Below are positions 1 to 10,744 of a DNA stretch of 37,059 nt, piece by piece. This DNA comes from Dimargaris cristalligena (lineage: Eukaryota). How positions within the stretch are numbered: the first letter of the stretch is position 1; each line of letters begins with the position of its first letter. A model generated the notes under the pieces. The model was not told the origin of the DNA. It worked only from the letters and a program-made list of their open reading frames with translations, and did not search any database. The stretch covers positions 1 through 37,059 of the forward strand of contig ML002369.1 of assembly GCA_003614675.1 (NCBI GenBank), in the 5' to 3' direction. The position numbers and the translations under genes were made by a program.

Positions 1-186
1 AGCTCGCCCGGGCCATGGATACCTTCCGGGCCCGCCGGTTTAGCCACGGGGCCCTGGAGCTCGATAGTATGGAGGTGAAATTTCAATTCTCGGACCAGAA
101 GGTCCTGGAAAATGTCCAGACTAAAGAGGCCCTACCCATCCACCGTACCGTCGAGGAAGCAATGGTGTTGGCTAACCAGTTGGTGG
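1..186 (+). CDS. Internal RNB (RNase II catalytic domain) exon of a DIS3-like exoribonuclease, DIS3L1-type; partial at window edge and not continued in cis
   Basis: Open from position 3: LARAMDTFRARRFSHGALELDSMEVKFQFSDQKVLENVQTKEALPIHRTVEEAMVLANQLV, matching the RNB pattern R..R...GAL.L...EV.F...H..VEE.M.LAN. Ends at a consensus donor G|GTACGT (187-192, phase 1). Confidence 0.88.
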
Positions 187-272
187 GTACGTATTTAGTC
201 CAACACGCCCATAAAACTCGGTTCATTAAAAAAAAATAACACATTGGTCAGTGAAATGCCGGACTCGGTAGG

Positions 273-1929
273 TTAGGATCGGGAAATATCTACGACGCCG
301 AATAAATAGATATTCGTTGTGATTAGTACTAAACCTATAAACACTTGAACCATGCCGTCTCAATTTCAATTTCAATTTCAATACAAGCATATGAACTCAC
401 CATTTTCATCTTCGGATACTGACTCCGAATCAATATCGGACCCACTATCACTTGGTTCAGGGGTACTGTCGTCGAGTAACTTTATGGCCACGACGTCACC
501 ATGGACAGCCCGATTCTGAAGGGTTTGACTGGGAATCAGGACGGCCTGCTCGGATCCATCCGGCAAAATGATTCGCACCGTAGCATGATCGCGTCGATTT
601 TTTTTCACCACAAGGACTCCTTGGTATAAATCCCTGCGCTTCAGGCGAGTTTCTAATTCAGAGGTTGATAGGTAATTGGGGTAGAGCGTGGTGGACTTCT
701 TGGTTTTTAAATAACCGGACAGGTCACTCCCACAAAATTCGCCGTAGGAGGCGAATTTAACTGATTCGAAATGGTCCAACAAGTCGGAGCTATTGCCGAA
801 TTTTTCTTTAAGGTAGGATTCCAAATCGGTCACCGTGACACCCGTGTCATCCGATGCTATAAGATCCTGGTAGCGGGCCTGTTCGTCCTTTTCCGCTAAA
901 AGAATGATGGGTATGCTAGTGCGAAGGTGACGGCGGTACCACTGGGCGCAAGCCAATATAGCTCGCCAGTCGCGATCATACAGAGTTTCATGGGGCTGCC
1001 GGGCAACGTGGGTGCCTTGGAAATACCCATTGTAAAAAAAGACGGATTGGCGGGCCGGGGATTCAATGGCTTGACGTAAGGCCCGGGCCGTTTTGTTTCG
1101 CTCGTGATTGATTAGCTGTTGACGTATATAAAGGCGGGGCATTTACAGGCATGGAGTAGATAGGGAGTTTATACAAGTCTCGCCCAATTAGTTCAGTAAT
1201 ATAAGCTAGGGTGTCTGGCTGTTGGGACGTGGATTGGACGGGTCGGCATTTGTTCGTTTGCAGTTGGGGACTAAGCTAATTAATTAGGGGTCAGTAAAGT
1301 GGGATACCTACCGAATTGAACGAGGTCTGGTTGTATATCACATTAGTCAATTCCGACTGAATAAAAATCTCGGCGTAACGGGCCAGGGTCTGTTTGAATC
1401 AGTATGACATGTGGTTATAAGAGTGCTCCAGGTTAGAACTAGACATCGCAATGATGAAGCAGATTCGCATAGTTCGGAGCGTAAACCGGGTTGACCAAGG
1501 TGCGCCCCATTGGCACGGATGTTTATAATCGATATAGGGACCACAGTACCTTGGTGTCGGGTATAATGTAAGCGCTAGCATCCCCGGCTAACAATCCAGT
1601 ATGATGATGGGCCGGTACGCGTTCCTGGCAGGTCGGCCGGGTGGGACATAGCTCGGACAAGCACGGGATATCGGTTCGCAGGTAGTCTACGGTACAAAGT
1701 GGTTCAGAAATGGACCAGGTCCAGGCATGGGTTAGTGAACTCCTCCCAGTGAATAAGGCATGTCGAGCCTGGGCCCCTGGTTCCCGATAGTACCAATGCC
1801 CAGGCCAAGTGGGTAGGGTATAGGGTAGTTTCATTTCCAAACGGGTTCCTCTTGCTTACTTTCTCTGACTTGCTTCACCACATTATCCCGGGTCTTTCGA
1901 TAGCTTTTGTTTATAGTACGTTTCAACAT
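273..1929 (-). CDS. N-terminal half (CR3 motif, PIN domain, cold-shock domain 1) of a DIS3-like/DIS3L1 ribonuclease; truncated
   Basis: Exons 1929-1860, 1686-1550, 1389-1312, 1115-401 join in frame at GT-AG sites: MLKRTINKSYRKTRDNVVKQVRENYLRTDIPCLSELC...YIIPDTKTLARYAEIF...WYRRHL...QNRAVHGDVVAIKLL. Donor GTGAGT at 400-395, branch-like TACTAAT near 330-324 and acceptor AG at 291-290 give only DISRS-stop (289-273), about 338 aa in total. Confidence 0.88.
360..382. repeat. (TCAATT)~4 tandem hexamer within intron 4 of the DIS3-like gene
   Basis: tcaatttcaatttcaatttcaat read directly. Confidence 0.85.
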
Positions 1930-3279
1930 GGTGTCTTTGGGGCAGGCTGAATGGGCCGGTGCAACAATGTGGAGGGAATGGCTTTAGTATAGACTGGAGG
2001 ACAAATGGCTGGGGTCTAAAAAGTAAGAAAATAAGCCAAGGGGGACCTTCGAATGGGGGAATGTAGAGGTGGAAGATGGAGGTGGTTATGGTTCGAGACG
2101 CAGCAACAGGGGGACTGTCTCTATATATAAAGCAGCGCAGTATTGAAGACCAATCCTACAGCAATGCCGTGGTCCGATTATCCCGCGGCGTCCTTCAGGC
2201 CGAATTATTCGTACCATCCCACATTCCACTTTACAGTTGCTACAATCAAAGAAGCATTAACCGGTATCTTGGTATAATAATCAGTATAGCATTTAAAAGG
2301 AATAGACCGAGTTCTTGAAGTAGAGGCTATGTCCGTTCTCGACTTTGGGACAGGGTCGGTTGTTTAGACGTTTACCACGGCTAATTTAATCACCAACCAT
2401 CTAAATCCAAATTTCTAGCTGGATAGCAACCCCCTACTTAGGACATCCCTTATATGAGGCGATTGCTCTTTAATTCCTACCTCTATTACGCTCAAGATGA
2501 AAACATTTATTCATACGGCGCAGTGCCACATAGCACATAGCGCGACTACAGCCATCTTTGGGTGGGATATTGGGGCATTATTCATACAATTATAGTGCAA
2601 TTTCTCTGATGCGACCGTATTCGTCATGTTTTGGTGGCCACTATGGTTGCTAATATTACCAGATTGCTCAATGATTCATTAAGTGGGTAGGCGCGGCACT
2701 GACCACACATAAACACCGACTTGCTGTGGATGCAGCTTACTGGCAGTAGCCTGCCATATGGTAAGATTAAGGTAGCCACCCGCTTACAGTCGTATGTGCT
2801 CGGCCAGGCATTTCTTTAGGGGTACCAATTGCATTGCCTGTATTCTGGTTCGTGTATCGCGCATTAACTAGGGCGAAGCTTTTGAATAATAGATATGCAC
2901 CTTCTTCATAGAACTTAGCTTCCAATTCCTTGGATACATCTGTACTGTTTTTATTCTTTGACTCCGCCTGCCTCACTGCTGGTTTCTTCAGAAACTTTAA
3001 ACCGATGCATAGTTAAATTAGTTGACAATATTGTCTCCCTCGACAACCCTTATATAATCAGATGCCCCGATTATGAATCTGCATAACCCGCTTGATAACA
3101 ACTCTGTGGAACCCTGTGACAGTATTGGGGCGGTATTAATGGAGTTTGGGACTGCAAGGCTATCAACGGGATTGGTATCACGTGATCGTGTGTTTTCAAC
3201 CCCGACCCCAAGTCACCTGACCAAAGGTTTACCCTTATTTTTCTAGTGAAATTGGACAGGATGAGAAGTGAGAGAGAAT

Positions 3280-3282
<3 letters not shown>

Positions 3283-3338
<56 letters not shown>
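3283..3338. repeat. (AG)28 microsatellite upstream of eIF3h
   Basis: Perfect AG dinucleotide run; explains the spurious ER/SL-repeat ORFs at 3243-3561. Confidence 0.97.
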
Positions 3339-3341
<3 letters not shown>

Positions 3342-3786
3342 TATTGGGTCAGTACAGAGGAGGGTTTCGGTACAGTCGTTGACCGCAGGCCTCAAGGACA
3401 TTTCCAAGAAATTGGCAGCTAAACTGGCCGCAGAAAATGCCAACGTAAAATACCGCCCCCCTCCAATTATCGGGCCAGATCGCCCAAGGAGAGAGAGACC
3501 AGCACAACGTACCGCAAGAAAGGATTCCAAGTCAACGAAGGGGAGATTGATCGTACGGTAATAGTTTGGCTGAGACTGTACAGCGTAGATCCCGACCTCT
3601 TCTCCCTTTGCCCCCTCGGTCTGTTCTCCTATTGTTGCTTGTGGTTTTACCCGCTCTTGTTGGTTTCTTTCAAAGTAGTTTCATCATCCTAGGCCAGCCC
3701 CCTCCCTATACACACACATAGCGTCTTCTCTTCATTGTCTTCTTGACCCTTCCACATCCACACAAATACAGCCCAATACACATACC

Positions 3787-4956
3787 ATGGCCCAAACTAC
3801 TGCATCTGCCGTGCTCGGTGGCGGTTCCAAATCCTCCACCGCCTCGCTCGCTGCCGCCCTGGACATTGAGGGTAACATCCCGATCGAGTCGGTCCAAATC
3901 GAGGCCCTCGTGGTGATGAAGATCCTCAAGCACAGCCGTGAAGCCCAGCCCGCCACCGTATCGGGTCAGCTCCTCGGTCTGGATGTGGAAAAGACCCTCG
4001 AAATCACCCACTGCTACCCCGTCCCCACCGGGTCGGCGGAGGGGGCCGACGAGATCGCCCAGTACCAGGTCGATATGATGCAGTGCCTGCGGGAGGTCAA
4101 CGTCGACAGCAACGCCGTGGGCTGGTACCAGTCCGCGCACCTGGATTCGATCCTCGAGCCGTCCATCATCGAGATGCAGTACAATTACCAGAAGAACCTC
4201 AAGAAGAGCGTCCTCCTGGTCTACGACCTGTCGAGCACCACCCGCGGCAACGTGTCCCTGCGGGCGTTCCGGCTCACCCCGGAGTTCATGGAGCTGTACA
4301 AGAAGGGCGTGTTCACCACGCAGAGCTTCACCTTAGCGGGCGTTACCTTCGATAACATCATGACCGAACTCCCCGTGGTGATCCACAACTCGGCGGTCTT
4401 GAACATGTTGATGCACGAACTCAGCGAACCCGCTGCCACGGCCGACCCCGCTTCGATGCTCGATTCCCGCCGCCTCTTCAGCTCCCGCAACACCGGCGGT
4501 GGCCAGGTGGGTCTGGGTGCCGACGGCGAGTACGAAACCGAAGCCGGTTCGACTCTGGTGGACTCCGCCGTGGTCAACCCCGCTGCCCTGGACCTGTCCC
4601 TCAACGCCCCCCTGGAGAAGAACCTCGAGAGTCTGCTCGAAAGTGTCGACAAGTACAACTACAACCGCTACCAGTACCAGTACTGGCAACGCGGGGTCGC
4701 CCGGGAACAGAGCAAGATCCAGCAGTACATCCAGCGCCGCCGGCTCGAAAACGCCACCCGTATCGCCGCGGGTCTGGCCCCCCTCCCTGAGGAAACCGAA
4801 TCCCAGGTCGAGGCCATGTTCAACATGCCCAAGGAACCCTCGCGTCTGAACCACATTCTGGCCGCCGGAAAGGTCGACAACTACTGCAAGCAAATCAACC
4901 AGTTCAGTGGCCCCGCCCTTTCGAAAATCTTCACCATCCGGGAACTTCAGCAATAG
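3787..4956 (+). CDS. eIF3h: Eukaryotic translation initiation factor 3 subunit H (MPN domain)
   Basis: Intronless 389-aa ORF with strong GC3 bias; VQIEALVVMKILKH, GQLLGLD, LEITHCYP, YQVDMMQCLREVNVDSNAVGWYQS, LRAFRLTP and C-terminal EPSRL...YCKQI are typical of eIF3h. Confidence 0.95.
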   Translation: MAQTTASAVLGGGSKSSTASLAAALDIEGNIPIESVQIEALVVMKILKHSREAQPATVSGQLLGLDVEKTLEITHCYPVPTGSAEGADEIAQYQVDMMQCLREVNVDSNAVGWYQSAHLDSILEPSIIEMQYNYQKNLKKSVLLVYDLSSTTRGNVSLRAFRLTPEFMELYKKGVFTTQSFTLAGVTFDNIMTELPVVIHNSAVLNMLMHELSEPAATADPASMLDSRRLFSSRNTGGGQVGLGADGEYETEAGSTLVDSAVVNPAALDLSLNAPLEKNLESLLESVDKYNYNRYQYQYWQRGVAREQSKIQQYIQRRRLENATRIAAGLAPLPEETESQVEAMFNMPKEPSRLNHILAAGKVDNYCKQINQFSGPALSKIFTIRELQQ

Positions 4957-5882
4957 AGTAGGAGGGGATATGGCTATTACATATATCTAAGGCCCCTTGG
5001 TTGGCTGCTTGGCCCCCGAGTTCTTGGGTGTGTACGCCGTCGTGGGTGGCTTTTTAAGGTTCATTTACTACCACCACCGACTCGGTAGCCCATATGGGTG
5101 CCCCCGGCGGCGATGCATATGGTTTACGCCCTCTCCTGGGCCCTTCTTCTCTCGCATTATTACTGTCTTTCCTATCCACTATTTTTCATGGGGTTCGTTT
5201 ATCCAATGGGTTGTTTTCTTTTATTGGTTTCGGTTATCTACCATGACCCTGTTTCGTTTGTTTTCCCTATAAATACGTATATATTCGTAAAACTCTGGGG
5301 CACTATTTAGTAAAGTGGATGTGTCGCAACACCCGCTGTCCGTTTTAGTTGGCCTTCCAACCTTATATTTGGCGAAGCAACAGTGCATCCCTATTGTATT
5401 GGGCAAAATGTTTTTTTATAGACTAAACGAATCGGTCGCTTGATAATAACCAAAATGAAGGAAATGGAGGGTCGGTGGTGCGAATGAATGCTGATGATAA
5501 AGTGTGGACATGTATGACAAAAACAGTGTATAATGAAAAGTAGTCGAGTGGAGTGATAAATCGATGAAAGAAGTGCGAAGTGCCGGGAAACTAAACCCAG
5601 TAATTGTCCAAATCTGACGGAAAATAAATAGAATTTAAGTATATAAGAAAAAAGCAATGCGGACACAATAAGCCCATTAAAATTAACCACCGCTAAACGG
5701 GCAACTGCCCCATTACATTACTCGGCTGGTCGCTTATCCCACATGCTGAGATTAACGGAGAACCCACCATAGCCGATTGCATAGCGTAGTTGAAGCAGCA
5801 ACAAATAGTAAAAAAATGAATTATGTATAATGCGTTGGAGTGGGTTGTGTAATAGCCAATATTCGAGGTCGGCTAGACTCGA

Positions 5883-7010
5883 TTACGCCTGCATTTCGGG
5901 CTCCGTGAGGATCTTCTCTTGGGCTTTCCGCTTGCGCCCGGGGACCCAGTCGAGGTTGTACTCACGGATGCCGATGGGTTCCTTGTACACCATGTACTGC
6001 ACCACGCAGGCGATGATGATAAGGCCGAGCATACCACCTATCATGCCGTACACCTTTCCGTTCGTTTCGTACAGCAGCTTGTCGGCCTTGGCGGTGACCA
6101 CGAGGTACAGGATAAAGCGGAACCCCGTCTTGAAGAAACAGTCCAGACCAATAAACGTGGCGAGGGAACCGAAGAAGGCGGTACTCAAAATAACGATCCA
6201 CTTTTCGAGGACGAAGATGAGCACGATGGCCAGCACGATCATGCCCGCAATGAAGAAGCCCCGACCGATTGGGTTGGTGATAAGGGCCCCGTTTTTAAAG
6301 GATAGGATAACGGCGGCAATGGCCAAACCACCCAGCGAACCGACACCGGCCAACCCGAGCCACCAAATGGCAGCGAATAGGGCACCCCCGATAAGACCGA
6401 ACACGCCACTGGTGACCAAGTAACCGATGATATGACCCACGGAAGTACCCGGGGGGTGGATGCGGATGCAGAGAAGGAGCACCCCGAGGCCGAGGTAGAC
6501 GAAACCGGTCAGGAACATGACCAGGCGGAACAGTCGGTTGCCTAAGAAAGCAAATAGGATACCGAAGACTAGCATGATGACACCAATGACAATCTGAATA
6601 GTCCCGATTTTATCGGAAACTGGAGGACGGTGGTCGGAGGTGGGGCAGGTGGTTAAAAAAGGGGGGAGAGTTGTAGAGATTTAAAATTAGAATTCGAAAG
6701 TTATAGTTCGTATCCAATTGATACTAGGCCGCCCATTAGGGGAGACCAAGCTACAGTAGTTCATAGAATAATGAGATTATATACCTTCTTTCTGGGTGGA
6801 GTTATCACGTGTGACTTGGCGGCCCACGTTAGGGGCAGCGGACGTGGTCGGGACTGCTGGAGCCGGGTCATAGAAGTCCTTGATGTCATCATCCAAGTTT
6901 GGAAGAGCATGGGCCACGAGAACCGAAACGGCGAGGGCCAGGTAGGCGAATATAAGACTAAACCGTAGCAAACGATTCAGATAACTGGAGAAGCGGGGAA
7001 CCAACGACAT
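5883..7010 (-). CDS. DUF4203/TM7SF3-like multi-pass membrane protein with N-terminal signal sequence
   Basis: Exons 7010-6785 and 6619-5883 (donor GTATAT, acceptor CTCCAG) join in frame. About 7 Gly-rich hydrophobic helices; G.RLFR...FLTGF, ILSTAFFGS...GLDCF, G...Q pattern of DUF4203. Confidence 0.8.
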
Positions 7011-8405
7011 GGCTCTGTATAATCTTGAAAAATGGGGGGAAATGGATAAAAGCGGTACTAAAACGGCACGGATGAAAATAGAAACACCTGTAAATGTATT
7101 CAATGGGAAGGATATAGAATGAAGGGATGTGTCTAGGCGGGCTAGACTAAAATACGTGAATGTATAGATGAAAATGAGGGTTGAATGCACATATGAGACG
7201 TTGCGGACAGCCAGAAAGTGGAATTCGGGAAATGGGGCTGGGCGGTGTGCGGTTCTAGTTTTATATCCCTGCGACGACCGACCAGCAGACGGAGTGGAGA
7301 GGGCGGGAGGGGGGGGTCCCAGGACTCTTTCATTGTTACAGTTATACGCCTCACCGTTGTTAGTCCGATTGGCCGAATAGATAAACGGGCGGAAGACAGG
7401 GGAGGTGTGGTCGCCGTGGTTTCCGATCCCGAAGTGTCGCCTGTGTGGGGACATCTTTGGGCCAGAGGCAGGTAGTTCAAGCTCTGCTATTGATATTTTA
7501 GAGCTGAGATGCCGGAGGAGGAGGAGTTGGCGGTGGTTGAGCCAAGGAGGAGTTAGTGAGTGAGAGAAATACGAGGGAGGGGGAACAAAGACAGTCACGG
7601 TGATTGTTAGTCGGGTCCCGAACTCATCTAATCCAAGGGATACAATTAACCCTATGGCCCGAGCCCTTTTCTTTCACAACAGCCCTGTTTCACACACACA
7701 TACACACACTCTCTCTCCACGCCTATACTCATCCCCATATCCCATACCCTGCATCTCTTGCCTAGTCCCCACCTTGTGCGCCCAACTTCCTTTGTCTAGC
7801 TGGCAATAAACGATTGGCTTCTTCTCCAGCGTAGCCCGCCCTCATATTCATCGAGTGAGGGTTTATTCGGCTCTCGACCCCCGCCCCGATACCCCTGTAC
7901 AAGCCGGAGCTAACCAAGTCCCAGCCCCATTAATTGGTTTGGCCATGGGGCAGCTGGTCAGAGTAGCTGCGTAATTTACTTCAAAATACAGGCAAATCAA
8001 TATACATGGTCGTATAGCGGCTCTTCCTTGAGGTTTGCTGGCGGTCAAATTAAATATTATCAGGGACTGTGGCCGTGTGGAGCGCCACCGAATAGCGGTT
8101 TCAGGCACTACCACAAAAGTTGCTGTGGTCATTTCAGTACCGCTGCACATTTCCCAGTCCTCGGTAGCCCGGTGCATGGCCACCAGTGCCCTTTAGGGTT
8201 AATAAATAGAAATAGGATTATGTGCCACTGGAAACTGATTTCAAAAATTAGGTTTATATTTATAAGTGTAGACTACTAAATAGCCCCCCTGTAGATAATG
8301 TGAGTGATAGGGGGATATGGAACAAACTAGCGCTAGTCTCCGATCGTGAATAATTCGAATTTTCAGACTCAATTATGAAGACTACTGGACAAGACGGGCC
8401 CCTGT

Positions 8406-9734
8406 TTAGTGGTGACGCTTAGTCTCTTCAATCAGAGTAGCGTCGTCGTCAATTGAGGTGGCATCAAAAATAGCCTGGCCCTGACCCTGTCCCTGCTCCA
8501 GGTCAGCTTGCCGACGACCCGGGGTACCGTGACTAGGATTATCGTGGCCTGAGGGGTTGGACTCTGCAACGGGGGTATTGGGCTTAGGGGGTGACGAGGA
8601 GGCGGTACCGTACAAGTACGAGGCGTAAAGCACAGCGGCCGTACCAATAACAAACATGATGGTAATATGGAAATCGAAAATGAACACCGACATGACGCAG
8701 GATAGGATAATGGAAATACTAGTGGCGAACCCCTTGAGAATATTGTCAGCGAACTTAACGACCAGCGCCACGATGATACCGCCCAATGCCTGGCAGGCAA
8801 TGGCCCCCCAGGTCCACATGTTGTACCCGTACCAAAAGCCATGTTCACGCACACCGGCACCATCCTTGAGAATGACCCCCAGGAGCAGGGCGGGGAACAG
8901 CGAGAAGAACGAAAGCTGAATATTACGAATCCACAAGGACGTTTTGGAGCCCTTGAGAATTTTTTCGAAATAAACGCCCGCCAAGCCGGACATGATACAG
9001 GCCAGGGCCACGGTAATTAGGCCCAGGAATTTCTCCCAATTATCCCGCTTGGCCTTTTCCTTGGCCTCGTCGGGAGTATCGCCACCCTGGTCAGCCCCGG
9101 TGGAACTCATGGAGGGCAGTTGGACCAGAATCACACCCACGGTCAACACGAGCAGGGACACCCACTGCCACAGGTTTAGGGGTTTACGGAGGATAATAAC
9201 GAAGCACAGGGCGGTGGTGAGAATCTTCAATTGGTAGGTGACCTGGAAAGTGGCGGCATCGAGAAGGGAGACGGCGATGTACTGCAGGTTATTTTGGATG
9301 GTGTACAAGGCAGCGGGGATCATGAGTTTCCAGGCGTCGGCACCGAGTACTTCGCCGACGAGCCAGCGCACGGTAATGGGAGGTTCCCGCTGGGCCAGGG
9401 AACCACCAGCCGGATCCTCTTCGTCCCATTCGCCCCGGCTGCGACTGCGGTCGTCGTCACTGCGGGCCAGCTCGTATCCGCCGTCCCGACCGGAGGAGGA
9501 AGAGCCCAACGCCTTGCGCCGCTGGGTTTCCTCGTACAGGAACAGGCCGATGCTCATGATGAGCTTGGACAACTCGGCCAGCAGCACGGCGGTTGAAGTG
9601 TAGTACTTTTCGCCGGTTTGACCCGAGTGGAGCCGCGAGTAGCGCATGACCAGCACCAGGGCGCTGTTTTGGACGACGAGAGTCACCAGACTCACGTACT
9701 TCATGGGAATGCTGCGAAGATAATGGAGAACCAT
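8406..9734 (-). CDS. Nucleotide-sugar (UDP-galactose/UDP-GlcNAc-type) transporter, SLC35A/Gms1 family
   Basis: SLVTLVVQNSALVLVMRYSR, STAVLLAELSK, IPAALYTIQNNLQY, DAATFQVTYQLKILTTA, SGLAGVYFEKILK, KFADNILKGFATS; first ATG at 9734; intronless. Confidence 0.95.
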   Translation of the reverse strand: MVLHYLRSIPMKYVSLVTLVVQNSALVLVMRYSRLHSGQTGEKYYTSTAVLLAELSKLIMSIGLFLYEETQRRKALGSSSSGRDGGYELARSDDDRSRSRGEWDEEDPAGGSLAQREPPITVRWLVGEVLGADAWKLMIPAALYTIQNNLQYIAVSLLDAATFQVTYQLKILTTALCFVIILRKPLNLWQWVSLLVLTVGVILVQLPSMSSTGADQGGDTPDEAKEKAKRDNWEKFLGLITVALACIMSGLAGVYFEKILKGSKTSLWIRNIQLSFFSLFPALLLGVILKDGAGVREHGFWYGYNMWTWGAIACQALGGIIVALVVKFADNILKGFATSISIILSCVMSVFIFDFHITIMFVIGTAAVLYASYLYGTASSSPPKPNTPVAESNPSGHDNPSHGTPGRRQADLEQGQGQGQAIFDATSIDDDATLIEETKRHH

Positions 9735-10744
9735 GGTGGATAGAGTAAAGGGTATTGAATAAGAGGAAAAAGAAAGGGCGTAGATAGTATTATAAATAGA
9801 GTAGATAGGCCAGGGGAAGGGGAGGGGAGGCGGCCGCACGAGGTCTTTCGACTAGTGGAATGAGGTTCGTAGAGGTGCCCACTAGAACGAAACGCAGGAT
9901 AGGAAAAGGTCTCTCAAACACAGATAAAGCTATTCATACACCTCGGAGTTAGTGTGTATGTAAGAGCATATGTAGACCCAATAATATAATAAAAATGTCG
10001 AGCATGCAGCTACTAAACAGGCGTAACTCAGCTAGTGCAAGTAAAGGAACGAAGGAAAGAAAGAGAGGGAGAGAGGAATTAAGAAAGCCGAGGCATTAAC
10101 TATTCCTTAGGGTTAGGAACACAGTAACGACTCACGCAAGTATTAGTAGGAATCATCTGAATCGGCGCTTCATCATAATCCGGTTTTTCTTGAGTGTAAT
10201 CTGAGGGCGGCAATCCTTTCTTCCATAGGCCTCCCATTGTTCTTGCCTATATGCTATTTACAAGGGGGTGTGGGGAAGTCGAAGCGGGGGGTGGGCTTCA
10301 CAATCCACACGGCATTTTCCCAGACAATCCCCATCTATGCGCCGCCAATCCTTTATCGCCTGTCCAACCAATCCCCAGCACCCTTATGCTACTACGGGCG
10401 GGTAATAGAAAATATATGCGCATAGAGACTGGGAAAACGAAGTGCCAACCAACCTGCTCGCAGTAATAGCAACGCGGCCTCTGAAACCTGTTTTAGTTTA
10501 TAGAAGAACCAACCCAATCGATCGTCAACACCGGGGTTTAATTATGCGCTCGTGTATCTCCGACTGTTACTGCCTTCTCTCTCTCTCTATTATTATGCAT
10601 CAACCTACCCGAAACTTCCGATTTATTGAGCTTGCCAGAGCCAGTAAGTTTATAGAACAGTGGTCAACGCCGAAACCTCCATCCCCAGCAATATATGATA
10701 CCCCAGGTGCCTCTCCAAAACAAATACTCAGCTGCCGGTTCGGA

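Noticed and set aside
3243-3561. ORFs with ERERER / SLSLSL repeats
   Set aside because: Translation of the (AG)28 microsatellite; no other coding signal
3706-4953. Long antisense and alternate-frame ORFs over eIF3h (similar ones over the aminotransferase, kinesin and MCM7)
   Set aside because: Expected shadow ORFs from high GC at third codon positions; no motifs
7011-7598. Upstream extension of the 273-aa ORF 6777-7598
   Set aside because: Begins at a non-ATG codon and reads as promoter/UTR sequence; the signal-peptide-bearing start at 7010 fits better
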